A stretch of 37,490 bases of DNA from a virus. Its lineage: Duplodnaviria; Caudoviricetes. The stretch spans positions 1-37,490 of IMG/VR virus record IMGVR_UViG_3300030334_000096. One strand, given 5' to 3'. A program made the translations under genes and the position numbers. The notes under the pieces were generated by a model that saw nothing but the letters and a program-made list of their open reading frames with translations, was not told the DNA's origin and made no database searches. This document shows positions 16,008-26,200 of this stretch, one piece after another. How positions within the stretch are numbered: position 1 is the first letter of the stretch; every line of letters begins with the position of its first letter.

Positions 16008-17099
16008 ATGGCATTCGATGAACAGTCCTACTACATCAATAAAGCTGCTCAACTCAATAAGACTGGAGAGAGGGGTAAGAACGATTGGACAGTGGTTGAT
16101 GTAAAAAACGCCTTTAATGACGCAGGGCTTTCGGCTCAAGAGCATTATCAGCGCTATGGAAAAAGTGAGGGCATTAAGGCGACTAGCTCTACATCGCGAC
16201 CTCAAGCAGTAACTCCTACGTTCGATAATGATACATACCTAAAAAATAAAACGTCTCAGCTCAACCAGACTGTGCAGGGAGGTCGGAGTAACTGGACAGT
16301 AGCAGACACGAAAAAGGCAATTGCTGATGCTGGTATGAGTTTGCAAGAACACTACAACCGATATGGTGCCGCTGAAGGGGTTCTGCCTTTTGCAGAAGCC
16401 CAGATTCAAACCAGAGGGCTATTAGCTCCTCAGACTAACGTCAGCGTAAACCAGACATCCCAAGGTCAGTTGCATAAAATGTTGGCAAGTGACTCCCCGC
16501 TGATGCAACAAGCAGCCACAATGGGCAATCAGCGCGCTAATGCTAGAGGATTGCTTAATAGCAGCATGGCAAGCCAAGCCGCACAGGGTGCGATGATTTC
16601 GGCAGCCACTCCTTTCGCACAGCAAGACGCCCAGACTTACTTTCAGAACAGTCAGGCTAATGCAGATCGCCAGCAGCAGGAATACATGGCGAACCTCAAC
16701 TACCAGAACCAGCGGGGCTTGAACGAACAGCAATATGGCTTTCAGCGTGGCTTGAATGAGCAAGGCTATCAGTTCGACATGGGCCGAATGCAAGCGGACT
16801 ACGGCTTCTCCAGTCAGTTATCAACCCAAGAGGCCAGTCAAACCCTTAACCAGCTTTATGCCACCAGCACGGCGAATGGCTGGGGCGTGATGGCCAATAA
16901 CCTGACCGACATTGTGGGACAGTATTCCGCACAGCTAGAGCGCATCCAGGTAAACCCCGACATTGAGGAAGAGGATAAAGTGACGCTTATCGAGCAAGTG
17001 CTAGCGATGCGCGACACCGACATCGAGTTCCAGAAGTCCCTTTATGACAACCTTCGCACTTCTTATCTCGATAAGACCGGCGTTTTCCCCAACCGCTAA
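16008..17099 (+). CDS. putative internal virion/ejection protein with two N-terminal repeats
   Basis: 'SPLMQQA...ANARGLLNSSMA.QAAQ.AMI..ATP.AQQDAQTY' segment typical of podoviral ejection proteins; duplicated N-terminal 'FD..Y..NK..QLN...WTV...EHY.RYG..EG' unit. Confidence 0.65.
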   Translation: MAFDEQSYYINKAAQLNKTGERGKNDWTVVDVKNAFNDAGLSAQEHYQRYGKSEGIKATSSTSRPQAVTPTFDNDTYLKNKTSQLNQTVQGGRSNWTVADTKKAIADAGMSLQEHYNRYGAAEGVLPFAEAQIQTRGLLAPQTNVSVNQTSQGQLHKMLASDSPLMQQAATMGNQRANARGLLNSSMASQAAQGAMISAATPFAQQDAQTYFQNSQANADRQQQEYMANLNYQNQRGLNEQQYGFQRGLNEQGYQFDMGRMQADYGFSSQLSTQEASQTLNQLYATSTANGWGVMANNLTDIVGQYSAQLERIQVNPDIEEEDKVTLIEQVLAMRDTDIEFQKSLYDNLRTSYLDKTGVFPNR

Positions 17100-17107
17100 G
17101 GTGATTT

Positions 17108-17506
17108 ATGAACTTACTAGATGGCCTGGACACCGCGCTCAACAGTGACGCGGTGAGCGCCGCTGTGGACGTGGCGGGCAAGTCCAACTTTATGGACAAC
17201 ATCGACCATTCTGCCAGCGCTAGTTGGTGGGATACCGGCATTAAATACGCGACTGATGCCTTTGGGTGGATGGAAGACAACCCAACCACCACCAATCTGC
17301 TGGCAGGCGTGGTCGGTGGCGTGGGCCAGTACCTAATGAGCAAGGAGCAGCTTGCCCAGCAGGAGCGCTTTGCACGCGAGCAATGGGAGCGTGAGCGCGC
17401 CGCTCGACGCATCAAGCCCGGCAGCATGGACGGCTACGGCTCGCACGTCGCCACGGCAAAAGGCGGCCTACTCACCAATGGGCTGATTATTGGCCAGGAG
17501 GATTAA
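17108..17506 (+). CDS. putative ejection/virion protein
   Basis: SD AAGGTG; short Gly-rich hydrophobic segment; position in the ejection cluster. Confidence 0.6.
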   Translation: MNLLDGLDTALNSDAVSAAVDVAGKSNFMDNIDHSASASWWDTGIKYATDAFGWMEDNPTTTNLLAGVVGGVGQYLMSKEQLAQQERFAREQWERERAARRIKPGSMDGYGSHVATAKGGLLTNGLIIGQED

Positions 17507-18601
17507 ATGGGTTACGGCGGCGTAGGCGAACAAGGCGGCGGCTTTGGCGGCGAGGCTGATACCGGCGGTGTAGCCGAAGGCAGCAGCGGTAACAGCAGCT
17601 CCGGTGGCGGTCGTGGTGGCAACCTTGGCTCCGAAATGGGTACCGTTGGCCCAGGTCAGGGCTACGGTTCTGGTCATTCAAGTACAGATGGCAATGCGGG
17701 CGGTGGAGGTCGCGGCTCAGGTACGAGCAACAACGGCTATGGAGACACGTTCGGGGATAGCTTAGATGCCCGGAGCGCTGCACCCGAAGCTAAGGCAGGC
17801 AGCTCGATGACCGGCACGGCCGCCATGGTCAGTATGGATGATGCCGCCAAGGAGGCGAAAGCCGTGTTTGGCGGCTGGGCCACGCAAGCGGATACCCAGC
17901 TAGGGCCGGAAAACGTGGGCTATGGTAACGCTGCTTATGGGGGCAATGGCGCGATTGCCAATGCTTCTCAAGCGGCTGCTATGACCCGCGACCAGCACAC
18001 GCAGTCGCTAGAAATGGCGGGCATTCCCGAATCACACCACGCTGCCGCACGCCCAAGCGCACTGGCGAAAGGACTCAGTTTCGCTGCCACGGTCGCCAAC
18101 CCGGTGGCTGGATTGTTAGGCACCGCCCTCAGCACTCACAGTGCCGCAAAAAACGCACAGACCAGTATTGGCGCTATCAACGATGCGTTTGGTACCAGCC
18201 TCGATAGCTCCTACGGCACAGCGCTTGGCCAGCAAGCGGTAGGCACCGCAGCAGGTACGTTAGGCGGCAAGGTCGGTGGGAATTTTGGTGCCAAAGCGGG
18301 CATGAGCGTCGCTGGCGTACCGGGGGCTGTTTTAGGAGGCCTGCTAGGGGCGGCGACGCTAGGCAACACCGCACGCGGCCTAGCCATGGGCCCCAACACC
18401 AACACCGAAGGCCCACAAGGCCCAGCAGCCGGTGCCGATGGCGACAGTGGTTTATCGAACGCACCCAGCAGCGCCGTGGCGTCTGCGTCTTCCACACCTA
18501 AAAGCGGTTACGTCAGCATCGATAATTACGCGATGGACAGCGACCGCAACCCCTTTGACCGTTACAGCGACTACGCCGCGCAATTCTTTGGCACCGCCTA
18601 G
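17507..18601 (+). CDS. Gly-rich putative ejection protein (membrane-spanning glycine zippers)
   Basis: AGGAGG SD; Gly/Ser low-complexity N-terminus and GxxxG-rich hydrophobic segments. Confidence 0.65.
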   Translation: MGYGGVGEQGGGFGGEADTGGVAEGSSGNSSSGGGRGGNLGSEMGTVGPGQGYGSGHSSTDGNAGGGGRGSGTSNNGYGDTFGDSLDARSAAPEAKAGSSMTGTAAMVSMDDAAKEAKAVFGGWATQADTQLGPENVGYGNAAYGGNGAIANASQAAAMTRDQHTQSLEMAGIPESHHAAARPSALAKGLSFAATVANPVAGLLGTALSTHSAAKNAQTSIGAINDAFGTSLDSSYGTALGQQAVGTAAGTLGGKVGGNFGAKAGMSVAGVPGAVLGGLLGAATLGNTARGLAMGPNTNTEGPQGPAAGADGDSGLSNAPSSAVASASSTPKSGYVSIDNYAMDSDRNPFDRYSDYAAQFFGTA

Positions 18602-18609
18602 GAGGCAAC

Positions 18610-19224
18610 ATGGTAGGACTACTACAGCAGGGCATGCAGCCCGCACCGCAGCAAGGCCCTCAAGGCCAGCCGCCGCAACAGCCGCCCCAGGGCGGGCAGC
18701 CAGTGCAAGAGGGCAACGACCCCCGCGTAAACGCCACACCCGAAGAGGCGGGCCCGCAGTTTGAAGCGCTGCTGGAGGGTATGCTTGGCTATCTGTACGG
18801 CGACGGTATGCAGCAGGCAACGCAAATGCTCCAGCAGGGCGACGACATTACCCGCCGCATGGGGCAGGTGATTGGCACCGTGATGGTGACCACCTACAAC
18901 ATGATCGCCCAGGACGGTAAGACCGTGCCGCCGAATGTGATGGTGCGCGCCGGTATCGAGCTATCCAAAGCCGTGGGCGAAATGGCGATGGAGGTTGGAC
19001 GCTTGCAACCCGGTGAAGATGAGGCCATTGAAGCCGCGTTTATGCTGGGCTTGGGGCTGTTCGGCAAAACCGCTGAAGGGCTAGAAGATGCCCAGCGGCA
19101 GCGCTACAGCGAAATGGTGACCGCGATTCAGGACGGCAAGCGCGAGACCATGCAGGGGCAGCAGCCTCCACAACAGCAGTCACAAGGCCAGCCGACTCAA
19201 CAGCCCATGATGGAGGGCGCATAA
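18610..19224 (+). CDS. putative virion protein
   Basis: AGGAGG SD; Gln/Pro-rich ends around a helical core. Confidence 0.65.
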   Translation: MVGLLQQGMQPAPQQGPQGQPPQQPPQGGQPVQEGNDPRVNATPEEAGPQFEALLEGMLGYLYGDGMQQATQMLQQGDDITRRMGQVIGTVMVTTYNMIAQDGKTVPPNVMVRAGIELSKAVGEMAMEVGRLQPGEDEAIEAAFMLGLGLFGKTAEGLEDAQRQRYSEMVTAIQDGKRETMQGQQPPQQQSQGQPTQQPMMEGA

Positions 19225-19225
19225 C

Positions 19226-20224
19226 ATGGCACTAGGACTCATCGGCGCGGCATTGTCTGGAGGGGCAGAAGCCGCGCAAGATAACGCCCGCACCCGCATC
19301 AAGCAGATGCACGACGAGGCGATTCTGCGTATGCGCCAAAACTTCGCCAAAAGTGAGCGCATCGCTGGGCAGGAATTCACCACCAATGAGCGCGTGGCAG
19401 GGCAAGGCTTCACCTCAGAACAAAACGAGCTGAATAGAGGGCACGACTTAACGTTGACCCAAATGCGCGAGCAAGGGGCAAACAGTCGCACAGGAGCGCA
19501 GATTGCCGCCGGAGACCGTCGCGCTCAGATGGGATTGTTGCAACAAGGCATGAGCGCAGAGGGCAACCCTGTTTGGTTTAACCCGGTATCTGGCGAGCGA
19601 TACGATGCTCCAGAAGGCGTGACTCTTAGCAGCCCAGACCTAACAGGTCGTCAAAAAGCTCAGCTCGATATGCTTGAAAATCAGGCCAAACCGCTGCGCG
19701 AAAAAATGGCTGAAGGGATGCCACTAACACCAGAGGAAAAAACCACGCTAGGCCAATTGGAAGCGCAGGCGCAATCACTGATTGGTGGCGGCCAGCAAGG
19801 CATGACACCCTTCCAGCAACTTATGCAGGGGGAGGGAGGTAGTCAGCCAGAAGCCAAGGCTACCAATCCTGACACCATCCCCGGCCAAGTGCGCCAACAA
19901 CAGGAGGAGCGCCGCAATACTCAAGAAGCTAATGAGGCGCGCCGCCAAGCCAGCCAAGCGCGTGACTCTGCTGATGCCGTGCTACAGCGTATTGAGCGAG
20001 AAGCGGCGGGCGGCGCCACGCGCGGCGGCTTGCTAGCTCAGGTCAATCAGGCCGCAGGGCGCGGCGAAGTAAGCCAAGAAGCCATTGCTGAAGCGCAGCA
20101 GGTGGTCCAGCAGATTCTTGCACTTGACCAAAACCCCAGCATCTCAGTCGATGAAAAGCGCTGGCTATCCGAGCGCCTAATTCGCTTGCAAGAAGCCGGT
20201 GTACCGCTCAATCTTGACCAGTAA
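19226..20224 (+). CDS. putative ejection protein
   Basis: N-terminal 'MALGLIGAALSGG', coiled coils and short 'ER.AGQ.FT' repeats. Confidence 0.6.
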   Translation: MALGLIGAALSGGAEAAQDNARTRIKQMHDEAILRMRQNFAKSERIAGQEFTTNERVAGQGFTSEQNELNRGHDLTLTQMREQGANSRTGAQIAAGDRRAQMGLLQQGMSAEGNPVWFNPVSGERYDAPEGVTLSSPDLTGRQKAQLDMLENQAKPLREKMAEGMPLTPEEKTTLGQLEAQAQSLIGGGQQGMTPFQQLMQGEGGSQPEAKATNPDTIPGQVRQQQEERRNTQEANEARRQASQARDSADAVLQRIEREAAGGATRGGLLAQVNQAAGRGEVSQEAIAEAQQVVQQILALDQNPSISVDEKRWLSERLIRLQEAGVPLNLDQ

Positions 20225-20299
20225 CCCGTAGCCCATTGCTGGCTGTACCACGCCAGCGATGACGTTACGCCTACCAGCCTTGTCGGGAGACAACGCCTC

Positions 20300-23200
20300 A
20301 TGGCCCTGTTAGACGAAATCCGTCAGAAAAACCCCTCGCTCAGCAATCGCTCTGATGAAGAGCTAAAAGCCGTTATCCGGCAATCCCCCGAGTTCAAATA
20401 CTTTAACGACGACGAGTTCGACGCCTTCGTTAGCGGCGACGATGCCCAGGCGAGCCAGCAAGAGGGCAGCCCCGGCTTTATGGCGGGCGTCTCCGCTGGC
20501 GTTGACCAACTGCAAGCCATGGGTGGCGGCCTAGTGATGGCCGCTGGCGAGGCGCTGGAAAGCCCCGGCATGCTAGAGGCTGGTCGCGATATCTACAGCC
20601 GCAACATGGAGCAGGCCGCAGAAAACGACCTCGGCTATGGCTTTACCGATATTCGCAGCGTGGGCGATGCCTGGAATTGGGCGCGCTATACCGCAGGTAA
20701 CCAGCTCCCGATGTTGGCCGCATCCATTGCAGGCGGTGGCGTAGGCGGTGTTACCGCTGGGCTAACAGCTCGCACGCTAGCAGGCGCTACCGCCAAGGAG
20801 GGCGCTAAGCGTGCAGGGCAGGCGCTGGGCGCTATCGGCGCATCCACCGGCATGGAAACCGGCGCCCTCATGGGCGAAACCGAAGACCTGGACGTGTCGT
20901 TAGCCCATGGCGTACTGGCAGGCTCACTCGATGCAGTGACGCCGCTGCGCCTGCTGCGCTCCGCCGGTAAGAGCGATATTGCCGATCAAGCGGCCAGCGA
21001 GATCAGCGACCGCGTATTGGCCGACCTGCAACGCGAAGCCGCGCGCACCGCTCGCGGCGCGGCCGGGCGCGGTTCGCTCACCAATTTAATGGCGGAAGCC
21101 AGCACCGAAGGCCTACAGGGGCTAATCAATCAGCACGCCAACTACTGGGTAGAGAACAACGGCGAAACCCTACTAGCCAACTTGGGTGACGTGGACCTTA
21201 AAGCGCTCGTAGACGAAGCTGCCGCAGGTGGCTTAATGGGTGGCGTTGTCGGCGCGCCTGCTGGCGTACTGGAGCGTAACCAAGCACGCACCCAGGTAGA
21301 CCGTGTTACCCAAGCCCGCGAACAAACCGCCGCCCAAGGGGGTGACGCCCTCGACCAAGCGACGGCAGGGCTGGGCGCCGAGCAGCAAGCGCAGGGTGAG
21401 CAACAAGCCGCCGAGCAATCCCCTGAAGTGCGCGCCCAAAGGCAACAGCAGGCGAGCGAAGTAGGGCTGCGTATTCAGCGCGGCCTGCAAGATGCTGACG
21501 ACTTGCAAGCACTGGCACGCGGCGCAAGCTTTGAGGGCTCAACTCGCCTGCGCAATATGGATAGCATTATCAAGCGAGCAGAGGCGGCGCTAGAAGCAGG
21601 CGAGATTGAGCGAGCGGGTCGCATCATGGAACGCGCCGAGAACATCGCCAACGATCTTCGCAGCGCTCTACGCACCGCAGGCACCCGCGAGCGCCCAATG
21701 GAAGGCGAGTTAGCCGACCCAGAGCAGCCGCAGCCGGTGGTAGGCTTGCTCGGTGGCGGCATGGGCCGATTACCACCCGGCACCGGTGACAGCATTCGCG
21801 GCGAATCCCCGCAGCAATTTGAAGCCCGCCAGCGCACCCAGCAGGAGCAGGCCGACACGCTCAACCGCCGTAGCCTGGGGCGCGATGACGTGATTTATGG
21901 TCAGGGCCCAATCGCAGGCAATGCCAACACCGGCATGGACCAGCCGTTTGGGCGCGCCCAATTCACCGATACTGGTGCCCGCGAATCAGTAGAAGGCCGA
22001 CGCCCACAGCAGCAGGAGAGCGCCGAGCGTGTTGCTCAGCTTGCCCGTACCCGTGGCCGTGGCCAAACCACCTACCTACCCGATAACACCCCAATCCGAA
22101 CCCGCTTCCGTGTGGTAGAGGCCTCAGAGCTGACCGCCTCTAACTCCCCCGATGGCCGCGTGAACCAGCGCTACCCGCAGGAGCTACAGCCCCGCGACCG
22201 CACCAATGCTAACAGCCAGGTACAAGTGCGCAACATTGCCGCCCGCCTGAACCCGGAGCGATTAGGCAGCAGCAACGACGCCGGAACCGGTGCGCCGATT
22301 ATCGGCAGTGACGGCGTGGTGGAGTCCGGCAACGGTCGCACCATGGCGATCACCACCGCCTATGGCCAGAACAGCCCGCAGGCAGAGCGCTACCGGGAGT
22401 TTGTGCGTTCCGAAGCTCAGCGCCAGGGCATCGACCCCAGCGCCGTGGATAAAATGCAGCAGCCGGTATTGGTGCGCGAGCGCGTGACCAACGTAGACCG
22501 TGCCGACTTCGCCCGCCGTGCCAATGAAAGCACCGTCGCGGGCATGACCGCCTACGAACAAGCACAGGCCGATGCCGATAGCCTGACCGCTGATGACCTT
22601 CAGGCGTGGGCACCGGACGAAAGCGGCGACCCGCTGGCCGCGACTAACCGAGGCTTTCAGCGCGGCTTTGTGCAGCGCCTGGGCAACAACGAGGCCAGTC
22701 GCTACACCACGCGGGACGGCCAAGCCACGCCCGAGCTCGGCCAACGCATGCAGCGCGCCGTCTTTGCTGCCGCGTACCAAGACCCCGACATGGTGGAAAT
22801 GGTCACCGAGCAGGCCGAGAATATGCGCAACCTTGCTGCCGGACTGCAAACCGCCGCCGCTGACTTGGCGGTAGCGCGTGAAACCGGCAGCCGTGACGCG
22901 CTGGATGCCATCGGGACGATTAACGACGCTGTGCGACTAGTGCGCCGATCCCGCCAAGACGGCATTAGCGTGCGCGAGCTGACCCGCCAAACCGACGCCT
23001 TTAGCGATCCGGTACCGGAAACCACCGCGCTACTCGCCATTGCCATTAACAACAACATGCGCAGCCGACAGGCAATGACCACCGCCTTTGGCTATATTGG
23101 ACGGGCAGTGCGCAGCCGCGCAGAAGGCGAGGCCAACGGCGCGCTATTCGGTGACGACACCACCAACCAGGATATTTTCGATGCAGGCTTCCAAGGGCAA

Positions 23201-26200
23201 AATCAAGATCAGCGTACCCAACAACGATCACCTGAAAGGGATGTTCAGCCAGGCGCTGACGGACGCGAACCAGGAACTGAAGGGCAAGGACAGGCTGAAC
23301 CTACCCAGCGGCCTCAAGCAGAGCAACCCGCCCAAGAAGTAGACGACGAGCCGCTACTTAGCACCTACACCGAGCAGGAGCTAGCCGAGCGTGAGCAGGC
23401 CCAGCAGCAGGCTGAAGAAGCCGAAGCCAGCCAGCAGCGTGATCGGGCACAGCGCGCCCAGGCAGACCAGGAAACCGACGACTTCAACCTAACCGGCAGC
23501 AATCGCTCCGCCGACGTGGCTGCTGCCCAGGGCCAGCAGGATCTAACCGACTCCCCGCCAGAAACCAACCAGGTGGAAAACACGGAGGCAACCGATAGCG
23601 CTCCTCAAGCCGAGCGCATCGAGGACTTCGGCGAGAAGATTGCAGGCGCTCGGAAAGATCAGGTCAACCAAGTGCTGTCTGGCCTAAACAGTGAAGTGAC
23701 CGATGCCACAACGCTGAGTGAAGCATTCCCTGCGCCTAACTACACCAAGCTGATCGAGGAGGGCGTTGACCCGCGAGCCGCCGCTTTTGTTGCGGTTATG
23801 CGCGCTCAGATTCCTGCAAAACCACGAAAAGCCTATCGTCTTCAGCAGTGGATGAAAGGCCTCACGATGGCTCAGGACGTTGCCCGCCGAGTGCTGGACG
23901 GTTCTCTTTCTATCGATGACATGATGGGCCGTGTTCGCTCTCGGGAGTACAAGCAGCTGGAGGGCGCGCTGCGCACTGCTGAGCTCATCGCTCCGTTGAA
24001 GCCTAGCTTGTTCGCTAAGGCAGCTAAATGGAGTGTCAACGCACGCGCAGGCTACTCCATGTTTAACGGCGAGAAGGTGAGCCCCAACACCACGTTCTAT
24101 CGTCTGAAAGATGAGCGTGGGCGTGATACCGGCGTTTGGGCCACCGACTTCGACGAGATGCGGGACAAGGCGGCGAACGTGATTTCCCGCGCTATCGAAG
24201 GCGACAACGCTAAGCCTAAAAGCAAGCTGACGCCGGTAAGCGTTTACCGTGACCGCAGCACAGGCGAGCGCTTTATTGCTTTCAAAGCAGGGAGCCGAGT
24301 CATTCGTCTGCAAGGTGGCTTTGATTCGCCTTCGGCGGCGGCAGACTACGTTGCCGAGAACCGTGATGCCATTCAGCAGCAGATCGACGCCATGCGGGCA
24401 GGGCCGCGTATGCGCCGCGATACCAACGCACCCCGCGAAGGCGCGGAACTGCGCGAAGGTGATGTAACGCCCGATGACTTCCAGGAAGCCTTTGGGTTTC
24501 GTGGTGTGCAGTTCGGTAACTACGTCGAAGGTAAGCGCCGCCAAGCTGATCTTAACCGCGCCTATGATGCGCTGATGGATCTATCTTCCATGTTGGGCGT
24601 GCCTCCCAAAGCTATGTCGCTGGACGGCACTCTGGGGCTAGCCTTTGGCGCTCGTGGTAAAGGTGGGCGCAACGCCTTCGCAGCCCATTACGAACCCGGC
24701 CAAGTTGTCATCAACCTGACTAAAACCGAAGGCGCAGGCAGCTTGGCACATGAGTGGTTCCACGCGCTGGATAATTTCATTCCACATGGCCAGGGCACGG
24801 ATGCCATGCAGACTGAGCTTACCACCGATGGCCCTGCCCGTGCCGAGCTAGCCGAGCGCTGGCGAGAAATGCGGCAAGCCCTCAAAGATAGCGGCTTTGA
24901 AAAGCGCTCCCGCGAGTTTGATGCCCCGCGCTCAAAGGCGTACTTCGGCACACCGGTTGAAATGGCAGCCCGTGCGTTTGAGCGTTACACCCGGGACAAG
25001 CTGGAAGCGCAAGGTATACGCAACGACTACCTGGTCAATATTTCCAGTGACCCCGAAGGCCCTTATCCCAACGATCAGGAAATTAAGAGCATCGGCCCCG
25101 CCTTTGATCGGCTAATGGGCACCCTTGAACACCGAGAAACAGCCCGAGGCGTTCAGCTGTACTCACTTAACCCAGGTAGTGAGGAATTGCGTCCAGCGCC
25201 GCGCGCCCAGGATATTCGCGACGCACTGGCCAGCGCTCCTGAGCTAGCTGACGTGACCGTAATTCAGTCTGCTAGCGAGCTGCCACCGCAATCGCTTCTT
25301 GTGATGGCTCTACAGGGTGTGAATCCAGGCGACGTGCGTGGCCTGTTTGTGGGTGATCAGCTCTATGTGATTGCGGATAACGTCGATGACGTACAAGAGG
25401 GCGTGCGTACCGCCGTTCACGAAGCCGTAGGGCATCAAGGCATGCGCGCCGTTCTGGGCGAAGACCTCGACCGTGTGATGCTCAACCTCTACCGCAACCT
25501 ACCGAACAGCAAGGAAGGCCGCGACGCATTGCGCGAGGTGCGCCGCGACTACCCGTTCCTCGATCCGGAGAACCGCAAAGACCGTATCACCATTGCCGAG
25601 GAAATGGTGGCCCACCTGCTGGAGAAAGGCCATCGACCCAAGGCTTGGCAGCGCGCCGTGGCGAAAATCCGCGAACTGCTGCGCCGCTTATTCCCCTCTG
25701 TGGCATGGACGTATACCGACGCCTTGGCGCTAGGCGAGCGTAGTCGGGAGTATTTGCGCAAGCGGCAGGCAGAGAGTCGCGGCGACACAGACCAGCTTTA
25801 TGCAATCCGAGCTAAGCGCCGCGTTGCTTTTGAGCAAGCTTTTGAAGACTTTGCAGACAAAGACCGTCGTGCTGCATCTAAGATTGGCGAGCCCACTATC
25901 TCGCGCAGCGCTATGCAATGGTGGCGAGAGAAGACCGACCGCTGGCAGCTCAAGATTCGTCAAGGGCTAGTAGATAAAGTGGCGGCACTACAGGAGCATG
26001 ATGAGCGTCTTTATGGAAAGGATATCAAGGAGAACATTACACAGCGCGCCTGGGTGCTAGCCCGTACATCTGGCGCAGCTAATGGCGTGACCGAGGTACT
26101 GCTTAAGGATAGTCGCATTGAATGGAACGCCAAGGAGCAAGTTTTCCAGCCAAAAGATGATGACAGCATGGGGCTGGGCGCTGTCCTGGGGCAGCTTGGC

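Noticed and set aside
20251-20266. Additional hairpin CGCCA-GCGA-TGACG upstream of the giant gene
   Set aside because: It has an internal mismatch and a GCGA loop. It may be a degenerate member of the family but was not counted.
948-20296. Hairpins as canonical CsrA/RsmA sites or N4 virion-RNAP promoters
   Set aside because: Most loops are GUGA without GGA and lack the ANGGA hexaloop. N4 promoters have 3-nt loops and I saw no RNAP motifs in the giant protein. A divergent CsrA-like binder is not excluded.
23684-24544. 286-aa minus-strand ORF and the other long antisense ORFs within structural genes
   Set aside because: Shadow ORFs of GC-rich coding sequence with no motifs or RBS.
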